This document shows, piece after piece, positions 61,987 to 64,000 of a stretch of 64,000 bases of DNA. Numbering within the stretch: the first letter of the stretch is position 1; each line of letters opens with the position of its first letter. The DNA is from Alphaproteobacteria bacterium (lineage in GTDB: Bacteria > Pseudomonadota > Alphaproteobacteria > UBA828 > JAPUJA01). Below the pieces are notes generated by a model. It did no database searches and was not told the origin of the DNA. It saw nothing but the letters and a program-made list of their open reading frames with translations. The stretch spans positions 47,680 through 111,679 of the forward strand of contig CBDAPE010000011.1 of the NCBI GenBank assembly GCA_965198325.1. The letters run 5' to 3'. Made by a program: the position numbers and the translations under genes.

Positions 61987-63123
61987 TCAGGCCGTCAGCG
62001 CCTCGATCACGAGCTTATGGAAATGATGGACCCCGTGCTCGCTGATATTGTGGTGGCCGAAATCCGTCATGTAATAGCCTTGGCGATAGCCCAGTGACTG
62101 CTGACCTTTTTGCACGCTCTCGAGGATCGCGACGTCCTCGGGCTGAAGGGTCTCGTCGAGATAGCGGATGGTCTCCCACTGATTTTCGGTCGGCGTCGGG
62201 TCGAGAAAGAAGAAATCAAAGGTCTGACGTGTGCGCCCCGGCGCGACGGGGGCCTGGTTCCAGACCATCAGATTGCCATCGCCAGGATAACGCAGGATGA
62301 GAATATTGGGCCAGACCCACCACATGCCGTGATCCATGACCGCGGCGCCCTCGATATCGTAGGCGCTGTTCGCACCCGGCCGGGCCAGGGCATGCTGGGT
62401 CTGGTACAGGCCGTGGATTTCGATCCGCCAGGTGTCGTAATCGATCAGCTCGAGGAATCCCCGATGGGCGTCGCCTGCGACCGGCACATGATAGGACTCG
62501 AGGAAATTGTCCTGCACGTTCTTCCAGTTCGATCCGATGTCAAAGCTCAGCCGGTGGGCGAAGGCAAGCTGGTCGATGTCGGGGGCAAGCCGGCGCAGGT
62601 CGGCCTCCAGCCCGTCCGCTTGACTCGCGAACGACGGCGCCGAGCTATCGGGGTTGATCAGGATCATGTTGCAAAAGATTTCAACGCCCACGGGCGTCAG
62701 GCAAACCGCCGCCCGATCGAAGCCGGCCACGTTGGTAGCGTTGGGCGCCCCCCGAAGCCGGCCGTCGAGTTCGTAGGTCCAGGCGTGGTAGGGGCAGACA
62801 ATCGCGCTCTCGATGTGGCCCGAGCCCTCGAGGAGCTCGTGCCCCCGGTGCATGCAGGCATTGAAGAACCCCCGGACCGCGCCGTCACGGCCGCGCAGGA
62901 TCACGATGTTCTGGCCGCCGATCTCGCAGGTCAAATAATCGCCTGGCGCAGCAAGCTGGGAGACATGCCCGGCATACTGCCAGCGGCGCTGGAAAATCGC
63001 GCGGCGTTCCTGCTCGAAGATTGCGGGATCGTGATAGAAATGGGCGGGCAAGGCCCGGGCGCGTTCGGGGTCGTCGTCGAACGCTCCCACATCGAGAAAC
63101 GGCGCTGTCACTTTGTCGATCAT
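61987..63123 (-). CDS. Rieske oxygenase alpha subunit (CntA/choline monooxygenase-like)
   Basis: CMHRG...CPYHAW Rieske motif; NWK..DNFLESYH....H; ED...ESVQKG; SEHGVHHFH. Confidence 0.9.
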   Translation of the reverse strand: MIDKVTAPFLDVGAFDDDPERARALPAHFYHDPAIFEQERRAIFQRRWQYAGHVSQLAAPGDYLTCEIGGQNIVILRGRDGAVRGFFNACMHRGHELLEGSGHIESAIVCPYHAWTYELDGRLRGAPNATNVAGFDRAAVCLTPVGVEIFCNMILINPDSSAPSFASQADGLEADLRRLAPDIDQLAFAHRLSFDIGSNWKNVQDNFLESYHVPVAGDAHRGFLELIDYDTWRIEIHGLYQTQHALARPGANSAYDIEGAAVMDHGMWWVWPNILILRYPGDGNLMVWNQAPVAPGRTRQTFDFFFLDPTPTENQWETIRYLDETLQPEDVAILESVQKGQQSLGYRQGYYMTDFGHHNISEHGVHHFHKLVIEALTA

Positions 63124-63213
63124 CGCTAGCCCCCTCGAGGCAGAGCATGATCCGAGTGAATACCATAATCAGCGATCACTATCATAGGTCACGGCTGGCC
63201 GTTCGACCACGCG

Positions 63214-64000
63214 TCAGGCATCGGCCCGGGTCAGTTTATCGAGCAGCAGGGCGAAGAACCCGTCGGCGTCGGCTGTTTCGAGAACCTGGGCATTGGCGGG
63301 CCGCTCGCCTGTGCACCGCGTCCGGCCCAGTTCGGCTCCGTCGTCGGTGACAATCTCCACATGCATGGCTCGCCCGGTAAACAGATCGGGCCGGAGCAGA
63401 TAAACGACCACGCAAGGGTCGTGCATGGGCGCACCGGCGAGCCCCGTCTTGCGCGCGCCGTAGAAATCGAGCATTCCCGCGACGGCTTTGCTCGCCGGTC
63501 CGCCCACGGCCCGGATGGCATCTCGCCGCTCGGGTGTCGCGATCACCTGATGGGTGAGGTTCAGCCCGATCATCGTGATCGGGATTCCGGCGCGATAGAC
63601 GATGTCTGCGGCCTCCGGATCGGCGTGGATGTTGAATTCGGAACAAGGCGTGACATTCCCCGCGCCCGTCGAACCGCCCATGGAGACGATCTCGCGAAGG
63701 CCCCGCGCGATACCGGGCGAACGCTGCAGGGCCGTCGCAAGATTGGTGAGCGGGCCAAGCGTGCCCAGCGTGATGCTCCCCTCCGCCGCCGCCGCCGTCA
63801 GCGTCTCGATCAGGAAATTGACACTATGGCGCTCGTCGAGCGGCCATTCGGGCGCGGGAAGGTTCGCGCCGTCGATACCGCTCATCCCGTGCACGGTCTC
63901 GGCGGTTTCGAGCGCGCGCTTCAAGGGGCCGTCGCAACCCGCGAAAACCGGCACGTCGGGGCGGCCGGCTAGTTCCCTGATCGCCCGCGCATTAGCCGAA
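63214..64000 (-). CDS. Inosine/uridine-preferring nucleoside hydrolase (5' end outside window)
   Basis: VHGMSG, LGPLTN, SEFNIHADPEAA, GLNLT, MHDP. Confidence 0.9.
   Translation of the reverse strand, partial: SANARAIRELAGRPDVPVFAGCDGPLKRALETAETVHGMSGIDGANLPAPEWPLDERHSVNFLIETLTAAAAEGSITLGTLGPLTNLATALQRSPGIARGLREIVSMGGSTGAGNVTPCSEFNIHADPEAADIVYRAGIPITMIGLNLTHQVIATPERRDAIRAVGGPASKAVAGMLDFYGARKTGLAGAPMHDPCVVVYLLRPDLFTGRAMHVEIVTDDGAELGRTRCTGERPANAQVLETADADGFFALLLDKLTRADA

Overview
GC-rich alphaproteobacterial (Rhodospirillales-like) chromosomal window, mostly housekeeping and metabolic genes. From left to right it holds: a scrambled IS21 remnant that clips a lipoprotein gene; recJ-glpX-hom; an OmpA-like lipoprotein; phaC; argC, rpsI and rplM; an enoyl-CoA hydratase/CoA-binding/metY operon in which two enzymes carry histone-like basic N-terminal tails; a trimethylamine-dehydrogenase homologue with an altered active site; a pentein-ArgE-cutA-GH108 operon; a combined MEP/hopanoid cluster (ispH, hpnH, hpnG, shc, dxs, hpnA, hpnD, hpnC, dxr) with an embedded nucleotidyltransferase/CDP-alcohol phosphotransferase pair and a PagL-like deacylase; mfd-sdhE-DGC-recG; a decayed type III PKS/methyltransferase pair; ugd-galU; and a rearranged glutamate-synthase/N-methylglutamate-synthase-like operon next to a CntA-like Rieske oxygenase. 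In that operon a GltD-like module is fused to a degenerate second FMN barrel. Nine small or accessory genes carry frameshifts or nonsense codons while the long core genes are intact. No rRNA, tRNA or CRISPR array was seen. All family assignments come from motif recognition by eye, not database searches.
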